DNA of 62,956 bases, counting the filler. It is 3 parts of 3 records of this genome, joined end to end, with 100 filler letters (N's around TTAATTAATTAA, not from the genome) between each part and the next. Parts side by side here need not be neighbours in the genome. Positions count along the whole stretch, not along the records: positions 1 to 14,429 come from DRR723986_7995; 2 more parts are not named here. One strand, written 5' to 3'. Below the pieces are notes generated by a model. It was not told the DNA's origin. It saw only the letters and a program-made list of their open reading frames with translations, and did no database searches. This document shows positions 1 through 11,162 of this stretch, piece after piece (within the stretch, counting starts at the first letter, position 1; each line of letters begins with the position of its first letter). The position numbers were made by a program, and so were the translations under genes.

Positions 1-546
1 GGTGCGCGGCATTTGCATCAGCGACAGGATGCCTTCTTGCATCCGGGCACCGCCCGCAGCGGAAAACAGGATCAGCGGGCGCTTGAGTTTCACTGCTTCT
101 TCTGCGGCGGCAATGATGGCGTTGCCCACATACATCCCCATGGAGCCGCCCATAAAGCTGAAGTCTTGGGCGGCAGCGATGATAGGCGTGCGGCCCATCT
201 CGCCATGAGCCACCAGCATCGCCTCGGATTCGCCGGTCTGCTTTTGGGCCGCTTTCATGCGGTCGGGATATTTCTTCTGGTCTTTGAATTGCAGAGGATC
301 CGGCGTGGGTGCTGGCACCTTGATCTCGGAAAAAATGCCGCCATCAAACAGCGCCTTGAACCGCTCACGCGGCGAGATCGCCATGTGATGCCCGCAATTG
401 GTGCAGACGTTCAGGTTTTCCGACACTTCGCGATGAAACAGCATGGTGCCGCATTCATTGCATTTGGTCCACAGGTTGTCCGGCGTTTCGCGGCGCGAGA
501 AGATCGAGTTGATCCGTGGCCGGACGTAGTTCGTGATCCAGTTCAT
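1..546 (-). CDS. accD: Acetyl-CoA carboxylase carboxyltransferase beta subunit (3' end runs off the window)
   Basis: Hand translation of the minus strand: MNWITNYVRPRINSIF...WTKCNECG...CTNCGHH (Zn ribbon)...DFSFMGGSMG...GGARMQEGILSLMQMPRT. Absent from the ORF track because it has no stop in the window. Confidence 0.95.
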   Translation of the reverse strand, partial: MNWITNYVRPRINSIFSRRETPDNLWTKCNECGTMLFHREVSENLNVCTNCGHHMAISPRERFKALFDGGIFSEIKVPAPTPDPLQFKDQKKYPDRMKAAQKQTGESEAMLVAHGEMGRTPIIAAAQDFSFMGGSMGMYVGNAIIAAAEEAVKLKRPLILFSAAGGARMQEGILSLMQMPRT

Positions 547-604
547 ACATAGCCCCTGATGGCAAAACTGATTTCCAAATAAGACCCTACTGCACAAATT
601 GCAA

Positions 605-1504
605 TCAGCGGCGTATCGCAACCCTTGCCGCCAGCCACGAGACAAACATCAGCCCAAAATCCACCGGAAGCCAGGCCCGCACGGCCTCGGCATCCGCCAT
701 CCCGAAGGGGGAGTGATAAAGCGAGAGCCCAGAAAGGTCATCGGGCAATGATACGATAAGGATCGCGGTGACGTTGTTCCACAGATGCACCGCGATGGCC
801 GGACCCAATGATCCAGATCGCGCGGTCAGATCAGCCATCAACATGCCGAAAATCCCTGCCCAGAGGGCGATGAACATCGCGTTTTCTCCGGCAGAATCGG
901 GCAGGTAATGTCCCGCCGCGAACAACAGCGATGGCAATACCATCCAGACCACAGGCGAGCGGAACCGCGCCGCCAATTGTTGTTGGATGTAACCGCGAAA
1001 CACCAGTTCTTCGGCACTGACCTGCACCAACACCCCCAATAGCGAAAAGGGCAGCAAGACCATCCATTGGCCAAACGGCACATTGTCCGAGAGCGTCCCG
1101 CCCATGTCCCACGGTGGCAGGAGCACCAGCAAGACGCCCAACGCAATCATCGCAAGGCTGACGGCACGAAAATCGTTGAGCGCCAATTTCAAAGGGCCAA
1201 GCAAGGTCATCATCGACCGGCTGTGCAGCAATCTGACAGAAATTCCGACTGCCATAGCCATAAAGCCAAAGCTGAAGAGCAGCAGCAACATCGCCCGCGG
1301 CGTGGTGCCGTCCGAAAGCTCATTGTAGAGGGCATAGGCCCCGTCGCCCGCAAGCCCATACACAATCTGAAAAAACATCTGGTTCAGCGCGACATAGCCA
1401 ACCACGGCCAGCGTCAGCCCCGCCAGAAGCCGCCATAGTGCTGGTTTTTTCCGTGCAGGTGCGATGAAGATTTCATGCAGGGCGTAGGCTGGATTTGGGC
1501 TCAT
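605..1504 (-). CDS. CPBP family (CAAX protease-like) intramembrane glutamic endopeptidase
   Basis: Multi-TM protein with EELVFRG, FAAGH and HLWNN motifs. Confidence 0.9.
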   Translation of the reverse strand: MSPNPAYALHEIFIAPARKKPALWRLLAGLTLAVVGYVALNQMFFQIVYGLAGDGAYALYNELSDGTTPRAMLLLLFSFGFMAMAVGISVRLLHSRSMMTLLGPLKLALNDFRAVSLAMIALGVLLVLLPPWDMGGTLSDNVPFGQWMVLLPFSLLGVLVQVSAEELVFRGYIQQQLAARFRSPVVWMVLPSLLFAAGHYLPDSAGENAMFIALWAGIFGMLMADLTARSGSLGPAIAVHLWNNVTAILIVSLPDDLSGLSLYHSPFGMADAEAVRAWLPVDFGLMFVSWLAARVAIRR

Positions 1505-4500
1505 TCCGCAGGCTTATCAGTTGTCTCGATGCTTTCTTCAAGCTGCATCATACGTTGCGGCATCTGCACGCGGGCCTCACGTAGGACATCGGCCAGTTCG
1601 GTCAAATGGCCCGCCACGGTTTCCAGCAATTTAAGCAACACCGTGCGATCACTTTCCACCACGGCGCGGAACTGTTCGGCACCGATCCGCAGGAATTGCA
1701 CAGGCTCCACCGCATCAAGATCCAGCTGGCGCGGTTCATTCTGGATGATCGACAAATCCCCGATCAGACGCCCCGGCTCTACAAAAGAAATGTGATGCGC
1801 GACGCCATTGCCGTCGGTCCAGCTCATTTCAGCCGTGCCGGACAAACACAGATAGGCCGCATCGGGGCGCTCGCCCTGACTAAAAATGCGCTCGCCCGGC
1901 TCGGCGCTGTACCATTGCGCGGCAAATGCCAGCAGACGCCGGTTGCGTGGGCTGAGGCTGCCGAACAACTCGTTGCGTGAGATGATCCTGAGCTTGCGAC
2001 GCAGATCATCGTTGACGTTGGGGTCTTCTTCGTCTTGGCCAGCCCCATCAAGGCGTCCATCGCGGATTTCCATAAAGACGTCGAACTCTTCGGGATTGGG
2101 GAAACTGTCCTGAATGAAAATCAGCGTCGCATTGGGCAATAGGTCGTGCAAACGGTTGCGGATCTGGGCGTGGTTGGCTTGTTCCTGGCCGCCCATTGTC
2201 TGATTGAACACCATTACATCGGGCCGCTTGATGGCCGCCCGGCCAAAGGCTGCGCGTTCCTGAAAGGCGGCTGGCAGGTTGGCACCGCCGATGGCCGTCG
2301 GCACATCAAAAAGGTTCACCGAAACTTGCCGTTTCAGATCATGTTTTATCAGAATTTCAGCAACGATCTCCTGTACCCTATCGGCCTGCAACCCCGCCAT
2401 CGAAGAGAACCGGCCATAGATCAGGTTTTCCAGAATGGTCAGGCGGGGCAAATAGTTTTCGGGCGCAATCGGCACGAACATGCCCTTGGCCTGCTCGCGC
2501 AGGAACGGACCGTTGGTTTTGCGGATGGTCAGGATTTCCTCTTTGAAGCTTTCGGGGAAAGACGGGCCAATCTGTTCTGCGGTCAAGGCAAAGGGAACCG
2601 TCAACAGCAACGCAAATTCTTCGCCGTTCAGGGCGTTGTCCCCTTTGTCGCGGCGGCGGTTTGCGATGTCGACCAATTGTTCATAGAGGTCTTCTTCGAT
2701 GCCCAAAGCCGTAAAAAGCGGGTGATCGGTGCCATCCATACCAAAAGTCTGGTGCAGCGTTTCGACCAGGGTCTGCGAGATCGCGATGCCCTGTTCGGCC
2801 AGCCCCTGTTCTACAAACATCGACAAGAACGATTTTTCCGCGACAAGGCTTTGCTGACTGATGTCGCGCACCGGCGCGGCAAAGATAAGGTTGCCGCCCA
2901 GTGGCACCGCCGGATTGAACTTTTCAGGGTCAAACCGGTGAACGGCCTTATCCAGCCCTTCGTCTTTGAGGCGCTTTGCGACCTCTTCGCGCAGTTCGAC
3001 AATGCGGCGGGCCAGTTCAGGATATTTGTCTGGATCCATGCGCGAGTTGAGCATGCGGTGGAAAATCAGATCTGCGGTGCCAAGGGCCTCGGTAATTTCC
3101 AGCCAGAATTGGTTGATGTCATCGGCTGATTCCAGATCGGCCAGCTCCGGGTCCAGCCAGTCGGCCGCTGTGCTGTCCGGGCTGTTGCCGGACCGTCGCG
3201 CCTCAATCCCGCGCCGATCCTTGTGCGCCGGATCCCACAGCACCGTCTTTGGGCTGGTTCGCAGGGGCATCAACAGGTTGTCCCCGATATTGCCCTTGAA
3301 AATGTAAGGTTGCGCGTGGGCGTATCCGATGCGGGCGGCGACAATTGCCTGATGCAGCCCGCTCAGGTCATGCCCGGCCATCGTGACCTTGCCCCGCGCG
3401 GGGATAACCTCGCGGGTCAACACCTCCGACAGGGCCGTCCGCTCGGCCTGGCTTTCCATCTGGATGGCCACTTGACTGCCCGGTGGCAGCTTCAGGGAAA
3501 TATCCTGCAGGATCATGTTGCCATCTGTGTTGCGCACCGAAACGTTGCGCAATTCGATCTCGCCGCGCAGATGCGGGATCTGATCCGGTGTGCCCTCAAA
3601 CAATGCCTCATCAATCACGCCGGAGGGATCGAAACGCTCTGTCACGATGTCCCAGCGCAGCGACATATCCTGCGTCTGGTTGTAATACGTCAGCAGTTCC
3701 TTCCAGGGGCTCGACAAGTCTTTGTAGGCGGCCAGCGCAGCTACCAGCGCACCAACGGTGATATCGCCCTTGATAGCCAGATAACCGCCAACAGCATAAA
3801 AGAAGAAAGGTGTCAGTTGGGTGATGAAGTTATTGAGAAACTTCATAAAGAATTTCTTTTGATAGATGCGAAACCGCACATCAAAAAGCCGGCCCAGACG
3901 GTCAGTGAAATGGGCCAGACGGAAGCGCCAGCCGCCATTTGTCCGCAGATCGGTGATGCCTGCAGCGGTCTCTCCGATCTCGGCGGCAAAGAGACGCACC
4001 TCGCCGATGCGTTCCTTGTTCAACAGGTTGATCTGCCGCTGCAACAGCGGGATCAGCCACGCCTGCAAGGGGATCAGTGCAACACCGGCCAGCCCGAACC
4101 AGATGGATTGCATGAACAGAAACGTCACGATGATCAGCATCTGACCGGCCTGAAACACCGGTTGGGCAACCGCATCCCCCATCAGACCGCCCATCGGCTC
4201 GGCCTCAGATGTCACCATGCTGACCAATTCGCCCTGGCTGGTGTTCTGAAAATAGCTGCGGGGAAACCGCATCATGCGGCTGACCAACTGAAACCGGAAA
4301 CGCCGCAAAAGCCGTTCGGCCAGAATCCCCTTCATCGTGTTAAGCCGCATTTTCAGCAAGCCATGCACCAAGACGGAGCCGAGATAGGCAAAGCACAGAC
4401 CAAACAGAAACTGCACCTGCGTCATTTCGACATCGAACACGGTGACGACGCTACCGGTGGCCCCGATGGCATCGTTGATGATCCGTTTGGGCAGTTCCAG

Positions 4501-4602
4501 CGTGGCATAAAGAAACGGAAAGGTGAAAACCGTAAAGGCCAATAAGAACAATTGCTCGCGGCGGGAATACTTCCAGATAAAGGAAAATAGGCTGGGTTCC
4601 AT
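1501..4602 (-). CDS. ABC transporter TMD-NBD fusion with degenerate NBD and C-terminal cyclic-nucleotide-binding domain
   Basis: N-terminal ABC TM domain (start chosen at [10 protein letters not shown]), NBD-like IELRNVS region, C-terminal IFSQGE...[11 protein letters not shown] cNMP fold. Confidence 0.85.
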   Translation of the reverse strand: MEPSLFSFIWKYSRREQLFLLAFTVFTFPFLYATLELPKRIINDAIGATGSVVTVFDVEMTQVQFLFGLCFAYLGSVLVHGLLKMRLNTMKGILAERLLRRFRFQLVSRMMRFPRSYFQNTSQGELVSMVTSEAEPMGGLMGDAVAQPVFQAGQMLIIVTFLFMQSIWFGLAGVALIPLQAWLIPLLQRQINLLNKERIGEVRLFAAEIGETAAGITDLRTNGGWRFRLAHFTDRLGRLFDVRFRIYQKKFFMKFLNNFITQLTPFFFYAVGGYLAIKGDITVGALVAALAAYKDLSSPWKELLTYYNQTQDMSLRWDIVTERFDPSGVIDEALFEGTPDQIPHLRGEIELRNVSVRNTDGNMILQDISLKLPPGSQVAIQMESQAERTALSEVLTREVIPARGKVTMAGHDLSGLHQAIVAARIGYAHAQPYIFKGNIGDNLLMPLRTSPKTVLWDPAHKDRRGIEARRSGNSPDSTAADWLDPELADLESADDINQFWLEITEALGTADLIFHRMLNSRMDPDKYPELARRIVELREEVAKRLKDEGLDKAVHRFDPEKFNPAVPLGGNLIFAAPVRDISQQSLVAEKSFLSMFVEQGLAEQGIAISQTLVETLHQTFGMDGTDHPLFTALGIEEDLYEQLVDIANRRRDKGDNALNGEEFALLLTVPFALTAEQIGPSFPESFKEEILTIRKTNGPFLREQAKGMFVPIAPENYLPRLTILENLIYGRFSSMAGLQADRVQEIVAEILIKHDLKRQVSVNLFDVPTAIGGANLPAAFQERAAFGRAAIKRPDVMVFNQTMGGQEQANHAQIRNRLHDLLPNATLIFIQDSFPNPEEFDVFMEIRDGRLDGAGQDEEDPNVNDDLRRKLRIISRNELFGSLSPRNRRLLAFAAQWYSAEPGERIFSQGERPDAAYLCLSGTAEMSWTDGNGVAHHISFVEPGRLIGDLSIIQNEPRQLDLDAVEPVQFLRIGAEQFRAVVESDRTVLLKLLETVAGHLTELADVLREARVQMPQRMMQLEESIETTDKPAE

Positions 4603-4777
4603 GCACCGCTCTTTCACTGGGCCTCTTGGGGCGAGGACATGCCCATTGTTGTGGTTTTGTAAATTTAAGGCCGCTTGGTGTGTATTACAACATAGCCGCT
4701 TGGCCTTGCAGCAGCGCGGTTGCACGACTAGACCAAGGACAAACCAGTATTTCAGGCCTATCTTCGGGAGCTTCGCC

Positions 4778-6544
4778 ATGTCCACCAACCAACGTTTTGA
4801 CAAATCCAAATTGCCCAGCCGCCATGTGACCGAAGGCCCGGCCCGTGCACCGCACCGGTCCTACTATTACGCGATGGGCATGACGGACGTGGAAATCCAC
4901 CAGCCGCTGGTTGGTGTTGCGACCTGCTGGAACGAGGCGGCGCCTTGTAACATCGCGCTGAACCGGCAGGCACAGGCCGTGAAAGTTGGCGTGAAACAGG
5001 AACAGGGCTCACCGCGCGAATTCACCACCATCACTGTCACCGACGGTATCGCAATGGGCCATGAGGGCATGCGGTCTTCGCTGGCCTCGCGTGAGGCGAT
5101 TGCCGATACGGTTGAGCTGACCATGCGTGGCCATTGCTACGATGCACTGGTGGGTCTTGCCGGTTGCGACAAATCCTTGCCCGGTATGATGATGGCAATG
5201 ATCCGTCTGAACGTGCCTTCGGTGTTTATGTATGGCGGCTCGATCCTGCCGGGCAAAGCGCCAGAGGGCGCGGATGTGCCTGCCGCTTTTGCGGATCGTG
5301 ACCTGACCGTGCAGGATATGTTCGAGGCCGTTGGCAATTGGCAGGGCGGCACCATGACCGAGGCCGAGCTGGAGATCCTTGAACGGGTCGCTTGCCCGTC
5401 TGCCGGTGCGTGTGGTGGTCAGTTCACCGCCAACACCATGGCCTGTGTGTCTGAGGCGATTGGCCTTGCCTTGCCGAACTCCTCCGGTGCGCCTGCGCCT
5501 TACAAATCCCGCGACGAATATGCCGTGGCATCAGGTGCCGCGGTGATGAACCTGATTGAGAAAAACATCCGCGCCCGCGACATTTGCACCCGTGAGGCGT
5601 TTGAAAACGCGGCGCGGATCGTGGCCTGCACGGGCGGCTCCACCAACGCAGGTCTGCACTTGCCCGCCATGGCGCATGAGGCAGGGATCGAGTTTTTCCT
5701 CGATGACGTTTGCGAGATTTTCCGCGACACGCCGCATTTCGTAGATATGAAACCGGGCGGCGCGTATGTGGCCAAAGACCTTTACGAGGCGGGCGGCGTT
5801 CCTGTGGTGATGAAAGAGCTGCGCAAGGCGGGCCTGATCCATTCCGACTGCATGACAGCAACCGGCTATTCCATCGGTGAAGAGCTCGACAAGATCGAGC
5901 GTGAGGCGGACGGCAAGGTGATCCACGCGGTTGAAAACCCGATCAGCACCACCGGCGGCGTTGTTGGCCTTAAAGGCAACCTGGCCCCCGAAGGCGCGAT
6001 CGTGAAGATCGCTGGCATGGCGGATGAAGACATTATCTTCACCGGCCCTGCGCTGGTGTTTGAATGTGAACAGGACGCTTTTGAAGCCGTGCAGAACCGC
6101 ACCTATTCCGAAGGCGACGTGTTCGTGATCCGCAACGAAGGGCCACGCGGCGGTCCCGGCATGCGCGAGATGCTGGCAACCACGGCGGCCCTGTCCGGTC
6201 AGGGCATGGGCAAAAAGGTCGCCCTGATCACCGATGGTCGTTTTTCCGGCGCGACGCGCGGCTTCTGTGTTGGGCACGTTGGCCCGGAGGCCGCACTTGG
6301 CGGGCCGATTGGCCTACTGAAAAACGGCGATATGATCACGCTCAACGCGGTTGAAGGGTCGATCACCGTTGATTTGACCGACGAAGAATTGGCCAGCCGC
6401 CGGGCAGAATGGTCCGGCCCGCGTGCGACAAACTATGCCTCCGGTGCGCTTTGGAAATACGCCCAACTTGTTGGCCCAACCTACCTTGGCGCGGTCACAC
6501 ATCCTGGCGCAGCGGCGGAAACACATGATTACATGGACCTGTAA
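4778..6544 (+). CDS. ilvD: Dihydroxy-acid dehydratase
   Basis: [26 protein letters not shown] and TDGRFSG motifs; ATG at 4778 after GGGAG. Confidence 0.97.
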   Translation: MSTNQRFDKSKLPSRHVTEGPARAPHRSYYYAMGMTDVEIHQPLVGVATCWNEAAPCNIALNRQAQAVKVGVKQEQGSPREFTTITVTDGIAMGHEGMRSSLASREAIADTVELTMRGHCYDALVGLAGCDKSLPGMMMAMIRLNVPSVFMYGGSILPGKAPEGADVPAAFADRDLTVQDMFEAVGNWQGGTMTEAELEILERVACPSAGACGGQFTANTMACVSEAIGLALPNSSGAPAPYKSRDEYAVASGAAVMNLIEKNIRARDICTREAFENAARIVACTGGSTNAGLHLPAMAHEAGIEFFLDDVCEIFRDTPHFVDMKPGGAYVAKDLYEAGGVPVVMKELRKAGLIHSDCMTATGYSIGEELDKIEREADGKVIHAVENPISTTGGVVGLKGNLAPEGAIVKIAGMADEDIIFTGPALVFECEQDAFEAVQNRTYSEGDVFVIRNEGPRGGPGMREMLATTAALSGQGMGKKVALITDGRFSGATRGFCVGHVGPEAALGGPIGLLKNGDMITLNAVEGSITVDLTDEELASRRAEWSGPRATNYASGALWKYAQLVGPTYLGAVTHPGAAAETHDYMDL

Positions 6545-7130
6545 AGGCCCAGCCGCAGCCATTGTTGCCCTGTCCCTTCTCGCCGGTTGCGACGAGGGGC
6601 AGGGCGCTGCTTTTCTGGACGGTCTGAACTTGCCAACTGCCACAACAGGGCCAACAACTGCACCTGTGACAGAGGCACAGATGATGGGCAAAGGCTTTAC
6701 CCTTGTGGCCCCCAAGGGGTATTGCATTGACCCAAAGAACCTGACCGCACGATTTGCGATCATGGCCCGATGTGATGTTCTGGGGCAATCCAACACATCG
6801 CGCGGTGCGCCCTTGGGCATCATCACCGCCAGCATTTCACCAGCCAAGCCCGGCATCACCGTTCCCACCCCAGATCAAAGCGCCCGCGCCATGGGGCTCA
6901 GCGATGTTCACAATAGAACCCAGCACAGCAAAAGCGTGGTTTTCCGCGCCACCGGCACAGCCCCAACGCAGGATGTAGCGGATCAGCAGTGGCGCGGGAC
7001 CGCCCTGATTGGCGGATATTTGATCGGCTTGGCAGTCTATGGTCCCAAGAACGGGGCGGCGGTATCCGGCGAGGGCGGGGCGCTTTTGTCCGCCTTGATC
7101 ACGGGAACTCGGGCGCGAAACGCGAAATAA
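6525..7130 (+). CDS. Hypothetical lipoprotein
   Basis: Hydrophobic signal with LAGC lipobox; overlaps the end of ilvD. Confidence 0.7.
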   Translation: MITWTCKGPAAAIVALSLLAGCDEGQGAAFLDGLNLPTATTGPTTAPVTEAQMMGKGFTLVAPKGYCIDPKNLTARFAIMARCDVLGQSNTSRGAPLGIITASISPAKPGITVPTPDQSARAMGLSDVHNRTQHSKSVVFRATGTAPTQDVADQQWRGTALIGGYLIGLAVYGPKNGAAVSGEGGALLSALITGTRARNAK

Positions 7131-7241
7131 CTGTTTCCAGAATGGAAACGAGCGCCGAAACAACATCAAATTGTCGCCAATTCATTTGAATGAAACCATT
7201 CGGCTGGATACACTGCGCAAAAATGCAGGGCGCTTACAGGT

Positions 7242-8015
7242 ATGTCCAAACTCGGCTTCAACTTTCTGGAAGGAAAGGTTTTCTCGCGCAACATTTTGCG
7301 ATGGGCGCGCGCAGCGCGGCGTGCGCGGCAGACGGACCTGCCCCAGCTGCGGCGGCAACGCAACAAGGCGAGGTTGCTCAAGACGCATCTTGATCGGCTG
7401 ATCCACATCGCGGACGACCGGCTGGCGCTGCCGATGATCGGCTCAACCAACTTTTTCAAACCGCACAACGCCGATTGGGCGTGGCGGCCCGAATTGTGGC
7501 GCGGCCCGCTGCCGACACCGGGGTATTCGGCGATTGCCAACAAGTCCATGTTGGGCCGCGAGGTGACGCTGTTCCATGATTGTGAGTTTTCTGAACTGAC
7601 CCTCCGCCAGTTGCGAAACCTGCGCGAAGAAGACCTCGCGCCCTACGGCCTGCGTCTTGATGTGTTTCAGTTTGACGGATCGTTCCTGTCGCTGGTGGTC
7701 GATCTGCCGGATGACGGTGTGATCGGTCTCAAGCGGACCCATTTGTTGCGCATGGACGCGATTGTGGAAATGGAAAAACCGCTGGAAATCTTTACCCGGC
7801 TCAACATCCGCCATGGCCCCAATACCGAACAGATTGTGCGCGAACTGCCCCTGAACGAAGAGAACATCCGCATAGAGTTTGATCTGGCCTATTCCAACAT
7901 CAATGAAAAACGGGTGGAGCGGGCTTGGGTCGACCTCATCTTTGAGGGGCCGCAAATGAACCAGGTGGTGCTGCGCGATCTAACCTTCTCGCGCCGTCCC
8001 CGCGCTCAGCTTTGA
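7242..8015 (+). CDS. Conserved Rhodobacteraceae hypothetical protein (DUF6478-like)
   Basis: 257-aa ORF with WAWRPELWRGP, FDGSFLSL and RLNIRHGPN; family name is from memory. Confidence 0.7.
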   Translation: MSKLGFNFLEGKVFSRNILRWARAARRARQTDLPQLRRQRNKARLLKTHLDRLIHIADDRLALPMIGSTNFFKPHNADWAWRPELWRGPLPTPGYSAIANKSMLGREVTLFHDCEFSELTLRQLRNLREEDLAPYGLRLDVFQFDGSFLSLVVDLPDDGVIGLKRTHLLRMDAIVEMEKPLEIFTRLNIRHGPNTEQIVRELPLNEENIRIEFDLAYSNINEKRVERAWVDLIFEGPQMNQVVLRDLTFSRRPRAQL

Positions 8016-8023
8016 GGACCAAT

Positions 8024-8389
8024 ATGTTGAAATTGACCAAAACCAAGATGCGGCAAGGGGTCTGGCAAGGGATCATTACCGGCGCGGGCGACACCCAGCC
8101 GCAGATTGTCGTGACCCATCAGGATGTCGAGGTGCAGGACGTCGTCCTGTCCCATGACACCAAGGCCGATCACTGGATGTTGTCCATTCCCGTCCCCAAA
8201 GAAATGATCGCGGACGGTGTTCACACATTGCTGATCCGGGACGCCGCCGATGATCGGAAACTGGGGCACATGACCCTTGTCGCAGGCGAGGTTCTGTCCG
8301 ACGATATCCTTGCTGAAATGGATCTGCTGCGCGCGGAACTGGACATGCTCAAAAGTGCCTTCCGCCGCCATTGTGTCGAGACAGCCTAG
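8024..8389 (+). CDS. Hypothetical protein
   Basis: ATG after GAGG, coupled to the upstream gene; C-terminal LLRAELDMLKSAFRRHC helix. Confidence 0.7.
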   Translation: MLKLTKTKMRQGVWQGIITGAGDTQPQIVVTHQDVEVQDVVLSHDTKADHWMLSIPVPKEMIADGVHTLLIRDAADDRKLGHMTLVAGEVLSDDILAEMDLLRAELDMLKSAFRRHCVETA

Positions 8390-8555
8390 GGCGGCTATTC
8401 CAACGCCGCTTTATTAGGTTTGAAAAAATGCCATTCCTGATTGTACTATTCGCAGCATGGCCCGCGCTTTGACATCAAAGCCGCGCCTTTGATTTTGTAA
8501 CTGCCAATGAGGCGCCGCCATCCGCTGGTCCGTCAAGAAAAACAGTCAAAGCGTT

Positions 8556-9038
8556 GTGCGCGAAGGGCTTCCTGCTCTTTACCCGCGCTTGTGGCGGTTT
8601 GCCCTGATGCTCAGCGGGAGCCGGGCGGCGGCGGATGATCTGGCGCAGAAGGCCTGCACGCGGGCGCTGGAAAACGCGGGGAAGTTTGAGGCAGGCACGC
8701 ATCTGGACAGGTGGATGTTCACCCTCACCCGCCGGATTTGGCTGAATGAGCTGCGCAGTGAGGCCGTGCGCCGCGGCAATGGGTTGGTGCCCGTGGAAGA
8801 GGTCGAGCTTGCGGCCAATTCTGCCAGCAGCGAAGCGAATATTTTCACAGGTGAAGTGTTTAACGCCATAAGGAACCTGCCAGAAAGCCAGCGCGAGACG
8901 GTCCTGCTCGTCTATGTAGAAGGCTATGCGTACAAAGATGCGGCACAGATGTTGGATATTCCGATCGGCACTGTGATGAGCCGTCTGGCCGCCGCCCGCA
9001 AATCCATCGCGCAGAAGTTCCCGGATGAAAGAGCCTGA
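8556..9038 (+). CDS. ECF (sigma-70 group 4) RNA polymerase sigma factor
   Basis: Region 2 ADDLAQ...WMFTLTRR and region 4 GYAYKDAAQMLDIPIGTVMSRL. Confidence 0.92.
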   Translation: MREGLPALYPRLWRFALMLSGSRAAADDLAQKACTRALENAGKFEAGTHLDRWMFTLTRRIWLNELRSEAVRRGNGLVPVEEVELAANSASSEANIFTGEVFNAIRNLPESQRETVLLVYVEGYAYKDAAQMLDIPIGTVMSRLAAARKSIAQKFPDERA

Positions 9039-9039
9039 G

Positions 9040-9774
9040 ATGAGCGAGAACAGAACATCATTTTCAGACGAGGAACTGACCGCCTATCTCGATGGCGAGT
9101 TGGACAAACAGGAGGCCGCGCAGATCAAGGCGGCGGCCAAATCTGATGGGGCGATTGCGGTCCGACTGGATGCGCTTGCCGTGCCGATGAAACTGCTCAA
9201 ACTGTCGATGAACCCGGCCGTTCTGGATGCGCCCGCGTTGCCTGCGCATCTGGCGGGTGCTGCCCCTTCGCCATCGCGCGGCATCTGGGTGGCATCGGCC
9301 ATCGCGGCGTCGTTTGTGATTGGCGTTGCTGTGACCAACTTTATGCGCCCTGCCCCTAACACGGGCTGGATCGCCACCATTGCCTCTTATCAGGCGCTTT
9401 ATGTCACCGAGACATTGGAGGGCGCCGCGCAGCCGCCCGCGGAAACGGCGCAGGTTCTGGCCCGTGCGCAAGATACCTTTGGTGTGGACCTGTCAGAGGC
9501 GTTGTCGGTTGCGGGGCTGGATTTCAAGCGTGCACAGATGTTGGGTTTGAATGGATCTCCCCTGTTGCAGATGGCCTATCTGGCAGAGGACGGCACCCCA
9601 ATGGCGCTTTGCCTGAAATCGGTAAGCGGACCGGATCGCGGTCCAAAAACAACTGTTATGTTCGACATGGCCGGGGTCAGCTGGGTGGAAAACGGCATCG
9701 GATATTTGTTGATCGGTGGCGGTGATACGGCCAAGACGGAAGCGTTGTCATCGGGGCTGGCTGCCGTGCTTTGA
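9040..9774 (+). CDS. Membrane-anchored anti-sigma factor
   Basis: LTAYLDGEL anti-sigma N-terminus, one TM helix, directly after the ECF sigma. Confidence 0.85.
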   Translation: MSENRTSFSDEELTAYLDGELDKQEAAQIKAAAKSDGAIAVRLDALAVPMKLLKLSMNPAVLDAPALPAHLAGAAPSPSRGIWVASAIAASFVIGVAVTNFMRPAPNTGWIATIASYQALYVTETLEGAAQPPAETAQVLARAQDTFGVDLSEALSVAGLDFKRAQMLGLNGSPLLQMAYLAEDGTPMALCLKSVSGPDRGPKTTVMFDMAGVSWVENGIGYLLIGGGDTAKTEALSSGLAAVL

Positions 9775-9778
9775 CAAC

Positions 9779-9805
9779 AAAAAGCCCGCCAGTTAGGCGG
9801 GCTTT
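9779..9805. terminator. Intrinsic terminator between convergent anti-sigma and ctpA
   Basis: AAAGCCCGCC-agtta-GGCGGGCTTT hairpin with A/T tails. Confidence 0.75.
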
Positions 9806-9825
9806 GAGGGTTTCTTTGGATCAGC

Positions 9826-11160
9826 TTAGTTTTTTGGACCCAAGGCCGACAGACCTTTGAGAATGTCGATGGCATAGGCCAGCTGGTAATCCTCTTCGCG
9901 CAGTTCGGCGGCTTTTTCCGCTTTGGCGCGATCTTCTTCGATCTGTTTGATCTGATCGTCGGTCAGGCTGTCATTGTTCAGGCTGCCGCGCAGGTCCGCT
10001 TCTGACCGGCGCTTGCGGGCTGGTGTATCTGCCTCATCCTCTTCGGGTTTGGCCGGAGGTTGCGCCACGACGATGTCAGGTGACACGCCCAGCGCCTGAA
10101 TGGAACGGCCGGACGGGGTGTAGTACCGCGCCGTGGTCAGACGCATCGCACCGTTGCCGCGCAATGGCATGACGGTCTGAACCGAGCCTTTGCCGAAACT
10201 TTTGGTACCGATCACAATCGCGCGGCGGTGGTCCTGCAAGGCACCCGCGACGATCTCGGAGGCCGAAGCCGAACCACCGTTGATCAATACCACAATAGGC
10301 TTGCCCATCGACAGATCACCCGGCGTCGCATTGACCCGGTCGCCGTCTTCCAACGTGCGGCCACGGGTGCTGACGATTTCGCCCTCTTCGAGGAAGGCGT
10401 CACTGACAGCAATCGCCTGGTTCAGCAGACCACCCGGATTGTTGCGCAGGTCCAGCACAATGCCATTGATCCCGTCGATGCCGCCGGCCGCTTCGATCTG
10501 GTCCTCAAGCCCTTCTTTCATCTTGGGGTAGGTTTGTTCGTTGAATGTGGTCAGACGCAGGACCGCTGTGTTGCCTTCGGTGCGGGCGCGTACGGCGGTC
10601 AGTTGGATCGTGTCGCGGATGATGGATACGTCAAATGGTTCTTGTTCCCCTTCGCGCACCACAGTGATCACGATCTCGGACCCGACCGGCCCGCGCATCA
10701 TCTCGACCGCATCATCCAGCACCAGACCCAAGAGACTTTCACCATTTACGTGTGTAATAAAATCGCCTGCTTCGATGCCCGCTTCAAAGGCCGGCGTGCC
10801 ATCCATTGGCGAGACCACTTTGACAAAGCCGTCTTCTTGCGTGACCTCGATGCCCAGCCCGCCAAATTCGCCGCGGGTCTGTTCGCGCATCTTGGCCGCG
10901 TCCTTGGGCGACAGATAGCTGGAGTGCGGATCAAGCGAGGTCAGCATTCCGTTGATCGCCGCTTCGATCAGCTCGCTGCTGTCCACGTCCTCGACATATT
11001 GGGCGCGAATGCGTTCGAAAATGTCACCAAACAGATCAAGCTGCTCATAGACGTTTTCGGTCTTGGCGCTTTCTTGCGCCAGCAGAGGCGCGGCGATCTG
11101 GGTGGTTGCAATTACACCTGCCACTGTGCCGCCAAGGGCTGCCATCACAAACTTCTTCAT
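9826..11160 (-). CDS. ctpA: S41 family carboxyl-terminal processing protease
   Basis: LDPHS, PDZ GGLGIEV, DLRNNPGG, SASASEI and GKGSVQ motifs. Confidence 0.93.
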   Translation of the reverse strand: MKKFVMAALGGTVAGVIATTQIAAPLLAQESAKTENVYEQLDLFGDIFERIRAQYVEDVDSSELIEAAINGMLTSLDPHSSYLSPKDAAKMREQTRGEFGGLGIEVTQEDGFVKVVSPMDGTPAFEAGIEAGDFITHVNGESLLGLVLDDAVEMMRGPVGSEIVITVVREGEQEPFDVSIIRDTIQLTAVRARTEGNTAVLRLTTFNEQTYPKMKEGLEDQIEAAGGIDGINGIVLDLRNNPGGLLNQAIAVSDAFLEEGEIVSTRGRTLEDGDRVNATPGDLSMGKPIVVLINGGSASASEIVAGALQDHRRAIVIGTKSFGKGSVQTVMPLRGNGAMRLTTARYYTPSGRSIQALGVSPDIVVAQPPAKPEEDEADTPARKRRSEADLRGSLNNDSLTDDQIKQIEEDRAKAEKAAELREEDYQLAYAIDILKGLSALGPKN

Positions 11161-11162
11161 TC

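Noticed and set aside
605-1504. CPBP ('Abi') protein as an abortive-infection gene
   Set aside because: The family name is historical and the context next to accD is housekeeping.
2146-4545. Long plus-strand ORFs (327 and 440 aa) opposite the ABC gene; similar ones lie opposite ilvD, ctpA and gpmI
   Set aside because: Antisense shadows typical of GC-rich coding DNA.
8556-9774. ECF sigma (or csrA in contig 2) as part of an RNA-guided TnpB/Cas12f-derived regulator
   Set aside because: No TnpB/Cas12-like ORF is present, and the sigma factor has a conventional anti-sigma partner.
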